This document shows, piece by piece, positions 27,036-36,175 of a stretch of DNA of 64,000 nucleotides. The position numbers and the translations under genes were made by a program. Position 1 is the stretch's first letter; each line of letters opens with the position of its first letter. The notes below the pieces were generated by a model, which saw only the letters and a list, made by a program, of their open reading frames with translations, searched no databases and was not told the origin of the DNA. The stretch lies in NCBI GenBank assembly GCA_964507855.1, contig CAZDQS010000002.1, positions 27,284 to 91,283 of the forward strand, written 5' to 3'. The stretch comes from an uncultured Candidatus Saccharibacteria bacterium (GTDB taxonomy: Bacteria; Patescibacteriota; Saccharimonadia; Saccharimonadales; CAZDQS01).

Positions 27036-28829
27036 TCACCAGCCACCACCACCGCCTCCGCCACCACCACCGCCGGAGAATCCTCCGCCGCCACTGAAAC
27101 CACTGGAGCCTGAGCTGCTTGGCGCCGTGAACGCGGCTGTGCTTGCCTTGGAGATACTCGACATGGAAGACATAAGATAGGCAGTATGGAATGTCGTGAA
27201 GTCACCGCGATACCAGCCAGGCGGCTGGTCATACAAGCCCTCGAATTGCTTCGCCCACTGCTTCTCCATCCCAAACAGCATGGCGTACGGCAGCAGCGCT
27301 TCGAAGAGCTTTATCTTAAATGACGGATCATTGATGTCCGTGCCATCCGGCAACTTTTCGGCCCCTTCCGGACTCTGGAGAAATCGTATCCGTTCCTGCT
27401 CAGCCAAGCCGATATACTCCTTCAGCCCACGGATGTGGTCACGCAGCCGCACACCTTCCGCCGTCCGTGCCGGCATGTAACGCATGCCGATGAGCAGAAT
27501 CAGCCCACTCACCAACAGACCAATTCCCGGCAGCACCAGCAGTCCGCTGACAGATACCAAAAACCCTATCACCAACAGCGCAATCCCGCCACCAAGATAC
27601 ATCACCCGGGCCTTGTGTGGGGGCATGCGGTACAGCCCTCTTGCATGTAAATCTTCGCTTACTGAGCTGTCCAACTTCTTCATGTGCTGGTAGAGTTTGT
27701 TCTTTAGTGACGTCAGGCTCACGCGCTTGCCAGGTTGTGTTGGGTTATCAAACAGCGCGTCGATAAGCTTCCGGTCCGGTGTGTCTGTTTCCGGCAAATT
27801 ATTAAGCTCGATATCATACGTCTTGCGCTTGGTTTTGCCCTTTTCGTAAATCGTGATGTAGCCGCTTATCGCAAGGTTGATAATGGCCGCCGAGACGGCT
27901 TTCGGCTGCAGCCGATCATCGAGCAGCATGGCGCTATCAAGCAAGCTGAAGTCCTTCGGCGGCACGTACTCAGGCACGATGACGCCGCGGCCGGCCGCGT
28001 CACGCCCGGATGTACGCCACCGGCGAAAAACATACCCAAAGGTTACAAGCGGCGGCAGCACGGACGCTGCAATCATAAGGTTACGTAACAGCCGTTTTCG
28101 CTGCAGATCCCTAAGCGCCTCCGGTCCTTGCTCGAACGTCCCGTCATCGAACGCCAAAACAAATGAAAGATTTTCGCGTGATCGCAAATTCCGTGCCTGT
28201 ACCGTAACGAGCACCCCGCTCTCCTCATCCGCTATGGTGATGGTGCAGTTTTCTGCCGTACTGCCATATGCACCCGCAAAGCAGCGCCGCCTGTCCTGCA
28301 GACTGGCCGCAATATCCGCCGGGATATGGATACGGGCAGTCACCGTGCCGAACGACTGCCGCCACTGGTCGCCGTTCACATCCCAGTAAAATTCATCGTG
28401 CGATTCTTCGTAGGAAATAACGTCACGCAAGGTGTAGACGATGTTATAAACCACCTCGCCATGAACGAAACGGTTCGGGTCACCGATACGCACTACCAGA
28501 TTGTTGTTCTCTGTCTCGGTCGTATAGGGATGCGGTTGGCCAGAATCATCGGTCACGCCCTGGACTTCCAAGCCCACCGTGTGGTCCTGATAGTCTTTGG
28601 GAATGGCGCGCAAAATGCCGCGATTTTGGTCAAAGTTTGGAAACCGCGCAACAATCCGCTCCTCAACGCGGAGCTGGCTCGTCTTTGCCTCATCGCGGCT
28701 TACGTAATAATCAGCCTCGAACGATTCAATGGTGAAGTTTTGTGTATTCTGCGCGCTTGTGTTTGGTGTGTGTAAAATGATCACTGCCATGACAACAGCA
28801 ACCAACGTTGTAACTCGACGTAAACTCAT
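27036..28829 (-). CDS. DUF2207-type membrane protein with poly-glycine C-terminus
   Basis: 597 aa with a signal peptide, a large extracytoplasmic domain, 3-4 TM helices, and the tail SSGSSGFSGGGGFSGGGGGGGGGGGW. Confidence 0.75.
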   Translation of the reverse strand: MSLRRVTTLVAVVMAVIILHTPNTSAQNTQNFTIESFEADYYVSRDEAKTSQLRVEERIVARFPNFDQNRGILRAIPKDYQDHTVGLEVQGVTDDSGQPHPYTTETENNNLVVRIGDPNRFVHGEVVYNIVYTLRDVISYEESHDEFYWDVNGDQWRQSFGTVTARIHIPADIAASLQDRRRCFAGAYGSTAENCTITIADEESGVLVTVQARNLRSRENLSFVLAFDDGTFEQGPEALRDLQRKRLLRNLMIAASVLPPLVTFGYVFRRWRTSGRDAAGRGVIVPEYVPPKDFSLLDSAMLLDDRLQPKAVSAAIINLAISGYITIYEKGKTKRKTYDIELNNLPETDTPDRKLIDALFDNPTQPGKRVSLTSLKNKLYQHMKKLDSSVSEDLHARGLYRMPPHKARVMYLGGGIALLVIGFLVSVSGLLVLPGIGLLVSGLILLIGMRYMPARTAEGVRLRDHIRGLKEYIGLAEQERIRFLQSPEGAEKLPDGTDINDPSFKIKLFEALLPYAMLFGMEKQWAKQFEGLYDQPPGWYRGDFTTFHTAYLMSSMSSISKASTAAFTAPSSSGSSGFSGGGGFSGGGGGGGGGGGW

Positions 28830-28881
28830 GCCTTAAATTATGCACCATGCTGGTGCTTTATATAAGCCTCTTTACGTTTTG

Positions 28882-28914
28882 TTCTGGCGTTTGCGTTTGT
28901 TGGGGTCGAGTTCT
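28882..28914. repeat. 33-bp perfect direct repeat, copy A (displaced duplicate of the typA 3' end)
   Basis: ttctggcgtttgcgtttgttggggtcgagttct is identical to 29083-29115. On the minus strand it reads [13 protein letters not shown]-stop. Confidence 0.9.
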
Positions 28915-28950
28915 TTATGAGACACCCTTTCAGGGTTTCTATAGCTTCGG

Positions 28951-28991
28951 GCCAGGCTTGCTTTTTCTTTTCACAGATTAGCAAGCTTGGC
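28951..28991 (+). other. 12-bp stem / 17-nt loop hairpin inside the typA-proximal insert
   Basis: GCCAGGCTTGCT (28951-28962) pairs with AGCAAGCTTGGC (28980-28991). The one G-U pair on the plus strand becomes an A-C mismatch on the minus strand. Confidence 0.5.
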
Positions 28992-29075
28992 CTCTGCATA
29001 TAATCTCGCTAACCGCTCGATTATCATCGCGCCGGGAAGCGAATGAATCGCTTCATCGGGCTGCTCTTCCCAGCC

Positions 29076-30905
29076 TTACTTATTCTGGCGTTTGCGTTTG
29101 TTGGGGTCGAGTTCTCTTTTGCGGAGGCGGAGGCTTTTGGGTGTGACTTCAAGCAGTTCATCGTTTTCGATAAAGTCGAGGCACTGCTCCAGCGACAGGA
29201 TAGTCGGTGGCGTCAACTGCACGACACCATCGCTGGATGAACTGCGCATGTTGGTAAGGTGCTTGGTTTTACAGACGTTTATCTCCATGTCTTCTTGGCG
29301 CTTATTTAAGCCGACAACCTGTCCGGCATAGACCTTTTCGGCAGCACCGACAAAACATATGCCGCGCTCTTCGGCTGTCTGCAGGGCGTATGGTGTAGTC
29401 ACCCCGCTCTCAAAGGCGATGAGCACGCCGTTGCGCAGCTGCTGCAAAGGTGCGCCAAGCGGCTGGTAGCCAATCATGAGACTATTCATGACAATCGTGC
29501 CTTTAGTATTGGTCATGAGAATATTGCGCAAGCCAAGCAATGTCCGTGTCGGCATCTCATACACAAGCTTGGTTATGCCTTTAGGGCTTGCAAACTGCTC
29601 CTTGAGCGTCGCACGCCGGGCGCCCATTTCCATCTGCACCGTACCGACATGCTCAGCCGGCACTTCGATAATTACTTCCTCAACCGGCTCGACAGTCTCG
29701 CCGTCTTCCTCGCGCGTCACTACCTGCGGACGGCCAACTTCAAACTCGAAGCCCTCTCGGCGCATCGTTTCAATCAAAACACTCAAGTGCAGTTCACCGC
29801 GGCCACTGACCAAAAAGCCAATGCCTTCTTCCTCCACCCTCAGACCGACATTTGTCTCTAGCTCTTTGTTCAAGCGTTCGCCAATTTGCCGGGAAGTCGT
29901 AAACTCACCTTCCGTACCCTTGAGCGGACTCGTATTTGGGCCCAAGTAAACCTTCAGTGTCGGCGCTTCCACCTCTATGACTGGCAGTGCTTCCGGGTTG
30001 GCAGCGTCGGCAATTGTCTCGCCGATCTGGGCGTCACCAATGCCGGTCAGCTGCACAATATCGCCTGCCACGCCCTCCGGCACCTCGAACTTGCTCACCC
30101 CTTGACTCATAAATACCAGTTCGACTTTCGCGCGGACCTGGCTGCCATCTTTTTTGCACAATACCACCTGATCGCCGGCCTTTACCTTGCCACGGGCAAT
30201 ACGACCAATGGCATATTTCCCTTTGTAGCTGTCCCAAGCGAGCGCTGTCACAAGCATCTGAAACGGCTTATCCGCTTCCACGACCGGGGCCGGAACAGTA
30301 TCAATAATAGCGTCAAATATAATATCGAGATCAGCGTCAACTTCAGGATTTGCCGGCGGCGTCTGCCACGCTTTGCCTGCTCGGCCAATGGCGTAATATA
30401 CCGGGTAGTGCAACTGGTCTTCGTGGACGGCCAACTCCAGGAACAAATCCGCCAACTCGTTTTCGACTTCTTGGATCCGCGCACCCGGCTTGTCAATTTT
30501 ATTGATAACAACAATTGGCTTCAATCCACTTGTCAGTGCCTTGGTCAGCACGAATTTCGTCTGCGGCATCGGCCCTTCCTGGGCGTCGACAATGAGCAAG
30601 CAACCATCCGCCATGTTGAGCGTCCGCTCTACTTCGCCCGAAAAATCCGCGTGTCCAGGCGTATCAATAATGTTGATCCGATAATCACCATGCTGTACGG
30701 CTGTCACCTTGGCAGTAATGGTAATGCCACGCTCCCGCTCTTGGTCGCCGCTGTCCATAATGAGCTCCTGGGCCATCTCCGCCTGGTTATCGCGAAAAGT
30801 TTGACTTTGCTTGAGCAGGCCATCAACCATGGTCGTCTTGCCATGGTCAACATGGGCGATAATAGCGATGTTGCGGATTTTGCTTGGGTCTTGGACTGTT
30901 GCCAT
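29076..30905 (-). CDS. typA: Translational GTPase TypA/BipA
   Basis: [31 protein letters not shown] at 30905; the track TTG is at 30914. Confidence 0.93.
   Translation of the reverse strand: MATVQDPSKIRNIAIIAHVDHGKTTMVDGLLKQSQTFRDNQAEMAQELIMDSGDQERERGITITAKVTAVQHGDYRINIIDTPGHADFSGEVERTLNMADGCLLIVDAQEGPMPQTKFVLTKALTSGLKPIVVINKIDKPGARIQEVENELADLFLELAVHEDQLHYPVYYAIGRAGKAWQTPPANPEVDADLDIIFDAIIDTVPAPVVEADKPFQMLVTALAWDSYKGKYAIGRIARGKVKAGDQVVLCKKDGSQVRAKVELVFMSQGVSKFEVPEGVAGDIVQLTGIGDAQIGETIADAANPEALPVIEVEAPTLKVYLGPNTSPLKGTEGEFTTSRQIGERLNKELETNVGLRVEEEGIGFLVSGRGELHLSVLIETMRREGFEFEVGRPQVVTREEDGETVEPVEEVIIEVPAEHVGTVQMEMGARRATLKEQFASPKGITKLVYEMPTRTLLGLRNILMTNTKGTIVMNSLMIGYQPLGAPLQQLRNGVLIAFESGVTTPYALQTAEERGICFVGAAEKVYAGQVVGLNKRQEDMEINVCKTKHLTNMRSSSSDGVVQLTPPTILSLEQCLDFIENDELLEVTPKSLRLRKRELDPNKRKRQNK
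29083..29115. repeat. 33-bp perfect direct repeat, copy B (the functional typA 3' end)
   Basis: Identical 33-mer encoding [11 protein letters not shown] of the TypA C-terminus. Confidence 0.9.
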
Positions 30906-31010
30906 AAAAATCAAATGCCCTTTCCGGGCTTAGCTTACGTATGTATTGTTCCTTAGCAATATTATGGCATAAGCTCTATATAATATCAATCAAAAATTAA
31001 AATCTCTCCA

Positions 31011-31039
31011 TTGACTCTAAAACGAACTTATGGTAATAT
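31011..31039 (+). promoter_or_regulatory. Sigma-70-type promoter TTGACT-17 nt-TAATAT upstream of the DEAD-box helicase leader
   Basis: TTGACT at 31011-31016, 17-nt spacer, TAATAT at 31034-31039. Confidence 0.5.
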
Positions 31040-31045
31040 TAAGCA

Positions 31046-31279
31046 CATTGTTTTCGATGAATCCGGGGTAGTTGGTTGTTCACTCGATTTTCATTCAAAG
31101 CAATCGAGTAACACTAACTAACTGAATTTATTGCATATCTTTCTCTGTATTCGAGGGTAAAAGCACCGAGAAAGATAGCGGCTTTCTTGCGACAATGCGT
31201 ACCTACAAGGTACGCAGCGAAGCAAAAAGACGATAGCCTTTCCGGTACTTTTGACCGCAGAACAGAGAAGAGGTATGCA
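31046..31279 (+). promoter_or_regulatory. Long structured 5' leader of the DEAD-box helicase gene
   Basis: Three perfect stems read directly: 31082-31089/31102-31109 (8 bp), 31136-31145/31168-31177 (10 bp) and 31196-31204/31208-31216 (9 bp, 3-nt loop). Confidence 0.4.
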
Positions 31280-32506
31280 ATGAATTCAATAAAGGATTCT
31301 TTTTTTATGTATCAATCTACAACTCGCCGTCCTGCACGGCGCATCACTGGCGCGCGCCACTTTGGCCCGAGCCGCAACACCAGACGCAAATCCAATAAGC
31401 AATTTATCAACCCGAGCCGCTTCATTAAGCCAGCGCGGGCAGTGGAGGCTGAGGAATATCAGCCGACACATACGTTTGAAGATTTTGCCGTCCACCCTGT
31501 CATCAAGCAAAATATTGCCGCCAAAGGCTTCAAGACGCCTTCCAAAATTCAGGACGTGGCCATACCGCACGGCCTGGCTGGCAAAGATGTCGTTGGTATC
31601 GCCAACACCGGTACCGGCAAAACGACCGCGTTTGCCGTTCCGGTCATCCACAAGCTGCTCGAGGACAAAAACTCCCGCGCCGTCATCATTGCGCCGACCC
31701 GCGAGCTTGCCGACCAAATCCGCAACGAGATATTCAGCCTCAACAAGGGTTGCAACATGTATTCTGCGTTGCTCATCGGCGGCACCTCAATGTTCCGGCA
31801 AGTACGCGACCTTCAGCGTAAGCCGCACATTATTATCGGCACACCCGGCCGCATGAAAGACCACATCGAACGCGGCAACTTAGATTTAAGCACCGTTAAC
31901 ACCGTCGTGCTTGACGAAGTAGACCGCATGGTGGACATGGGCTTCATCAATGACATCCGCTTTTTACTTGGCAAAGTCGCCCCTGCACGACAATCGCTGT
32001 TCTTCTCGGCAACGATGGACGAGAAAGTTAAAGGCTTGGTGCACAGTTTCTTGAACGAGCCGGTGACAGTTTCTGTCAAGACGGGCGAGACGAGTGACTT
32101 TGTCGAGCAAGATGTTGTCCGTTACGACAGCGAAGCGACCAAGCTCGACAAGCTACACGATGTCCTCATCAGCCAGGCAGCCGCCAAAATCCTGGTATTC
32201 GACGAAACCAAGCGCAGCGTGGAACGCCTCAGCCGCGAACTCGTTGCCCGCGGCTTTAGCGCCGATGCTTTGCATGGCGGCAAAACCCAAGGCCAGCGCC
32301 AACGTGCCCTGAACGCTTTCCGCGACAATAAGGTCAACATCCTCGTGGCGACAGACGTTGCTGCCCGCGGTATTGATATCGCCGACATTACCCACGTCAT
32401 CAATTACACGACCCCAAACACCTATGATGACTACACGCACCGTATCGGCCGTGCCGGCCGAGCAGGCCGTACTGGCTACGCGCTGACATTCGTCTGCGAG
32501 CGGTAG
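31280..32506 (+). CDS. DEAD-box ATP-dependent RNA helicase (motif II is DEVD)
   Basis: PSKIQ (Q-motif), ANTGTGKT, LDEVD, SAT, VATDVAARGIDI, HRIGRAGRAG. ATG at 31280 lies 6 nt after GAGG. Basic N-terminal extension. Confidence 0.9.
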   Translation: MNSIKDSFFMYQSTTRRPARRITGARHFGPSRNTRRKSNKQFINPSRFIKPARAVEAEEYQPTHTFEDFAVHPVIKQNIAAKGFKTPSKIQDVAIPHGLAGKDVVGIANTGTGKTTAFAVPVIHKLLEDKNSRAVIIAPTRELADQIRNEIFSLNKGCNMYSALLIGGTSMFRQVRDLQRKPHIIIGTPGRMKDHIERGNLDLSTVNTVVLDEVDRMVDMGFINDIRFLLGKVAPARQSLFFSATMDEKVKGLVHSFLNEPVTVSVKTGETSDFVEQDVVRYDSEATKLDKLHDVLISQAAAKILVFDETKRSVERLSRELVARGFSADALHGGKTQGQRQRALNAFRDNKVNILVATDVAARGIDIADITHVINYTTPNTYDDYTHRIGRAGRAGRTGYALTFVCER

Positions 32507-32517
32507 TCACCACACAA

Positions 32518-33606
32518 CTAGCCGTTTCGGCGCTTTCGCAGCTCCTCTTCGTTCAGTCCAGCCCATATACCATAGTCCTCTTTATTGGCCAACGCCTGCT
32601 GAAGGCACTGGGCAATAACGGGGCATGAGCGGCAGATAGCCTTAGCTCGCGCTTCACGGCTCTCCCTATCTGCCCTCACTTCACCGGAAACAGGGAAAAA
32701 CAGCCGGGCGGTATACGGATCCCGACATGCCGCCCTTGCCTGCCACTCGGGCGAGAACTCGTGACGTACATTCCGCTGCAGAAACCCCTGCTCTCGCCGG
32801 GCAAGCTCATGTGCTGCAGCCTCGGGCGAGGCCACATCGCTTCGATGCGCGACAAGAGCGGCTCGCTGCTCCGACAGAAGCTTAAACCTGTCTTCCTGGC
32901 CTGGGCTCAAGCCCTTGCCCGCTGTTTCACTCAGCGCAATTTTTGATGCCCTCATACTTTCGGCCTCTCTCATAGACGGCAACTGGCCGCCGTTCAGTAT
33001 GTAATGCATAAAGGCTTCTCTCGCATGATGAAAGCGCGCATCTTTATACGACAGTGTGTGCCTGATATCGTCCACCACAACATCGCTCAATCCATACACT
33101 GTTCTGCTTTTTGTGCCTTCACGCGTTATAGCCGACCGTCCTTCGGTATCAACGATAAGACCCTCCAACTGTCGGATGGATTTACTGAATGCATTCGCCC
33201 GTGCGTCATCCCTCGTTACGTCACTCAAAATCGGATATCGCAAGTAGTGCGATCGCCGCGCAAGGCGCCGTTCAATAACCAATGCCCCAAGAACTTCCGC
33301 GGTATGCTCATTTGGCAATCGATAGACAGTGGCTTCACCGAACGCGACCACATCAGGGCCAACAATCTTCAAGCGCCGAGCTTCGGTGCCGAACTCACGT
33401 GTCACACGTGCATTTACACCCCGTAGCTTGTCTGCAGAAACCAGAGGTATATACACCTCGTCCCTGACATAAGCCGTTCGGCCAACTGAGGCAAGCATCT
33501 CATCATGCAAAGTTCTCGTTCGGCTTTCCCGCTCCTCGCTTGGCACAGCCTCAAGCTGTGACGTACCTGCTGATGGATGCGATATGACCTCTGGCTGGCT
33601 CATCAC
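32518..33606 (-). CDS. WhiB-like (Wbl) Fe-S domain protein with an uncharacterised N-terminal region of about 285 aa
   Basis: C-terminus WQARAACRDPYTARLFFP...AKAICRSCPVIAQCLQQALANKEDYGIWAGLNEEELRKRRNG has four Cys (C..C-x2-C-x5-C), the G-I-W-A-G turn and a basic tail. The first codon is GTG at 33606, with an ATG at 33603. Confidence 0.8.
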   Translation of the reverse strand: MMSQPEVISHPSAGTSQLEAVPSEERESRTRTLHDEMLASVGRTAYVRDEVYIPLVSADKLRGVNARVTREFGTEARRLKIVGPDVVAFGEATVYRLPNEHTAEVLGALVIERRLARRSHYLRYPILSDVTRDDARANAFSKSIRQLEGLIVDTEGRSAITREGTKSRTVYGLSDVVVDDIRHTLSYKDARFHHAREAFMHYILNGGQLPSMREAESMRASKIALSETAGKGLSPGQEDRFKLLSEQRAALVAHRSDVASPEAAAHELARREQGFLQRNVRHEFSPEWQARAACRDPYTARLFFPVSGEVRADRESREARAKAICRSCPVIAQCLQQALANKEDYGIWAGLNEEELRKRRNG

Positions 33607-33716
33607 TAATCAGCTTAACACACCATATAGTCGAAGAATCGTAATTATTACACGCTATGTTCGTAGTATCGCTTCCTTGTCAAAACACGCATTATCGCCT
33701 ATAAAACCTATAAGGT

Positions 33717-34379
33717 ATGGCGAGTGATTCTAAACAATATGAAAGAGCCCTACAAAACTGGGAGCATCTTCACGCTCAAGCGGCTTACAGTGTTCCGCAA
33801 GGAATTGGCCGGACTGCCATACTTTGTTCATACTTTACAGACGTATATTCCCACTACTCACGCTCAGGCCGCGAAAATCAAAGTTACAAAGACATCCGCA
33901 ATTTCCGAAAAGAAGCACTCCAGATTGCAGACGACATCCTGGCCGAAGGCGGCGAAGTGGACGTGGCACTCAATGCGACAGCAGCCGATGCCAAGCGAGT
34001 TCTTCAGGACCCCGAAATAAGTGACATAATCACCATTGGTCACGGAAGTCTTACTCAGCTCTACCTTAACGACACAGCTCAAGAAGGCATACTGCACTGG
34101 ACTGATGTGGCTGGCATGGCTGATCATCTCAAGCGTGGTGACTTTGTCCAGCGACAATGTGGCCATTTCACTATGGGAATTGCACCAGTTCCGCTTGGCC
34201 TGTTTGCCGTTGATGATCACAGACATGTTTTTGCCGCTGTCGGCCAGTACATAGAACCACGCGGGTTACTGCATCCACACAACAAGCTCATAACTCCCGT
34301 AACAGATAGCTGGCGCTTGAGTTATAGAGGGCTGAAAGCAGCCATACAATCGCCTGCACCTGAAATGCAGGATGCTTAG
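33717..34379 (+). CDS. Hypothetical protein (220 aa) with possible caspase-like His/Cys dyad
   Basis: DIITIGHGS ... about 40 aa ... GDFVQRQCGHF: a hydrophobic strand ending in GHG, then a strand ending in Q-C, as in clan-CD peptidases. Tentative. Confidence 0.55.
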   Translation: MASDSKQYERALQNWEHLHAQAAYSVPQGIGRTAILCSYFTDVYSHYSRSGRENQSYKDIRNFRKEALQIADDILAEGGEVDVALNATAADAKRVLQDPEISDIITIGHGSLTQLYLNDTAQEGILHWTDVAGMADHLKRGDFVQRQCGHFTMGIAPVPLGLFAVDDHRHVFAAVGQYIEPRGLLHPHNKLITPVTDSWRLSYRGLKAAIQSPAPEMQDA

Positions 34380-34429
34380 ACACTCCACCACAAGCCGACT
34401 GTACTCTAGGTCTATGTACGTAATGCTGA

Positions 34430-34699
34430 TTATTGTTTTATAGCCGATTCATACCCTGGAAAATACCGGTTTATGAGCGGAAGCTCGAAGACGGGTAGTA
34501 TTGAATCAGGCCCTTCACGCTCCAGCAAGAATTCGAAAGATTTCCGGACTAACTCTGCTGGCAACACCTTACCGCTGGTCAGTTCCAAATAGTAAGCCTT
34601 TGGGACGGCTACGCTGTATTCACGCCCATCGACAGCTACCCGAAACATATAAGTGTCTCTGTTTTCATCTGTCTGAGCAATTATTATGGTATGTTTCAT
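34430..34699 (-). CDS. Hypothetical protein (89 aa)
   Basis: Last gene of the M23 operon. No motif I can name. Confidence 0.5.
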   Translation of the reverse strand: MKHTIIIAQTDENRDTYMFRVAVDGREYSVAVPKAYYLELTSGKVLPAELVRKSFEFLLEREGPDSILPVFELPLINRYFPGYESAIKQ

Positions 34700-34722
34700 A
34701 GCTCTAGCCTAGCAGAATACAC

Positions 34723-35472
34723 TCAAGCAGGATTACCAGATATGAAATCGCGTGGATTGACTGGTGTGCCATTTCGGTGAACCTCAAAATGCAGATGCAC
34801 GCCCGTGGCCATGCCGGTTGCACCCTCCCTGCCTATCTTATCCCCGGCTTTGACCTGTTGGCCTTCCTGAGCGGCCGTAGCCGATAAATGTCCATAGTAC
34901 GACACAATGCCCTCGCCATGATTAATAATCACGTGATTGCCAAGACCACGGCCGGAGTGTATGACTTTCTCAACCGTCCCCGCCCGGAAGGCTCGCACGT
35001 CAGCGCCAGCTCGATTGCCACTCGAGATATCCATACCTGTATGTCGGGCTTGCCACGGCCAGTGCGGCCGGCCAAAATCCGCCGTCACGCGACCACGAAT
35101 AGGCCACACTGCCTCGCCTGCCGGCACAAAAACAGCTGTAGATATGGGAGCAACCGGCGCAGCACCCTCCGGGCTTGAGACAGTAGTCACTGCCGCAACA
35201 CGCCCTGAGCCCGCGGCCCGGTGCCGCATCGCAATCGCCACATCAGCATTGTGTCGCCCCTGCCGAAAAAGCACCGCATCCATAACTGGCAGCAAAATGA
35301 CTATCAGCGAGAGCGCAGCAATGAATATCATCTCCGCCTTAAACTGCTCTAATGTGTCCTGAAAAGCCGCCAAACGCACACCCGTCACCTCCTTACCTGT
35401 CTCATCGTAAAGAAGGTTAAGGGTTCTGGGTGTAAGGAAACACACAGTTTGGGGTGTATATCGTGCCAGCAC
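34723..35472 (-). CDS. M23 (LytM-type) peptidoglycan metalloendopeptidase, membrane-anchored
   Basis: HTGMDISS ... NHVIINHGEGIVSYYGHLS ... GATGMATGVHLHFEV. The track start at 35472 is a GTG. An alternative ATG at 35331 sits just before the TM helix MIFIAALSLIVILLPV. Confidence 0.85.
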   Translation of the reverse strand: MLARYTPQTVCFLTPRTLNLLYDETGKEVTGVRLAAFQDTLEQFKAEMIFIAALSLIVILLPVMDAVLFRQGRHNADVAIAMRHRAAGSGRVAAVTTVSSPEGAAPVAPISTAVFVPAGEAVWPIRGRVTADFGRPHWPWQARHTGMDISSGNRAGADVRAFRAGTVEKVIHSGRGLGNHVIINHGEGIVSYYGHLSATAAQEGQQVKAGDKIGREGATGMATGVHLHFEVHRNGTPVNPRDFISGNPA

Positions 35473-35511
35473 ATTTCTGCGCTGTTATGGATTACATCCT
35501 ATGCCTCCTCC

Positions 35512-35961
35512 TTAGCGGAGGTCGTGGGACAGGGGCGGAGATTGGGGAGCAGGGCGGTGTATTGGTACGAGCATCTCCTCCATCAAAGCCTCCAACTCAT
35601 CATCAAGGGACTCAATATTTGACCGGAAGTATCCTGTGTCTGTTGGTGTGCCATCAATCACTATACGTTTGCTCGCATCCCGCCAGTAGCCACACTGATC
35701 AAACTCGCCTTCGGTCGACAATTCAGGCTGTAAATCAACGTCAAGAATATTAAACCCAACCCTGTAGAGACCATTCTCCTCCTGCGATACCCCGAGGATG
35801 CGTGCCGGCTTCTTGGCTGCCTGTCGCGCACGATTACGTGATCTCAGACTTAACATAAGCAAATGTATTTCGTCCACCATCAGCTCGGCAGGCTGCAGTT
35901 TCTCTGCCTCACCATCAAAATATTCTTGTAGGTCGCAATAGCCAATGTCAAACGAACTCAT
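35512..35961 (-). CDS. Hypothetical protein (149 aa)
   Basis: ATG-initiated ORF between the zinc-ribbon ORF and the M23 gene. No motif recognised. Confidence 0.5.
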   Translation of the reverse strand: MSSFDIGYCDLQEYFDGEAEKLQPAELMVDEIHLLMLSLRSRNRARQAAKKPARILGVSQEENGLYRVGFNILDVDLQPELSTEGEFDQCGYWRDASKRIVIDGTPTDTGYFRSNIESLDDELEALMEEMLVPIHRPAPQSPPLSHDLR

Positions 35962-35998
35962 AATTTTATTATGCCATATTTCGTCAAGTTGTAAAAGA

Positions 35999-36175
35999 CT
36001 AGCGTCTAGGTTTTGAGGAGAGATGGAAACCGGAACAGACGGGGCACTTATAGACGCGTGTCGGACCCCTTCCGGCCCGACCCGGATTGATTTTCTTCAA
36101 CGCCGCTTGAGCAGCAACATCATTCGCGAACCGTTTCTTGCGCTTACACTGCGCGATTTCATTTGCGCTTGGCAT
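35999..36175 (-). CDS. Small zinc-ribbon protein (58 aa), not in the ORF track
   Basis: Own translation: MPSANEIAQCKRKKRFANDVAAQAALKKINPGRAGRGPTRVYKCPVCSGFHLSSKPRR. Basic N-terminus plus the C-terminal Y-K-C-P-x-C-x-G-F-H-L-S-S motif, which I recognise from small actinobacterial and actinophage proteins. No clear SD. Confidence 0.55.
   Translation of the reverse strand: MPSANEIAQCKRKKRFANDVAAQAALKKINPGRAGRGPTRVYKCPVCSGFHLSSKPRR

Noticed and set aside
27036-27115. Simple-sequence run (ccaccaccaccgcctccgccaccaccaccgcc...)
   Set aside because: It is the coding sequence of the poly-Gly tail of the DUF2207 protein, not a CRISPR, VNTR or regulatory repeat.
29886-30956. 356-aa plus-strand ORF
   Set aside because: Antisense shadow of typA.
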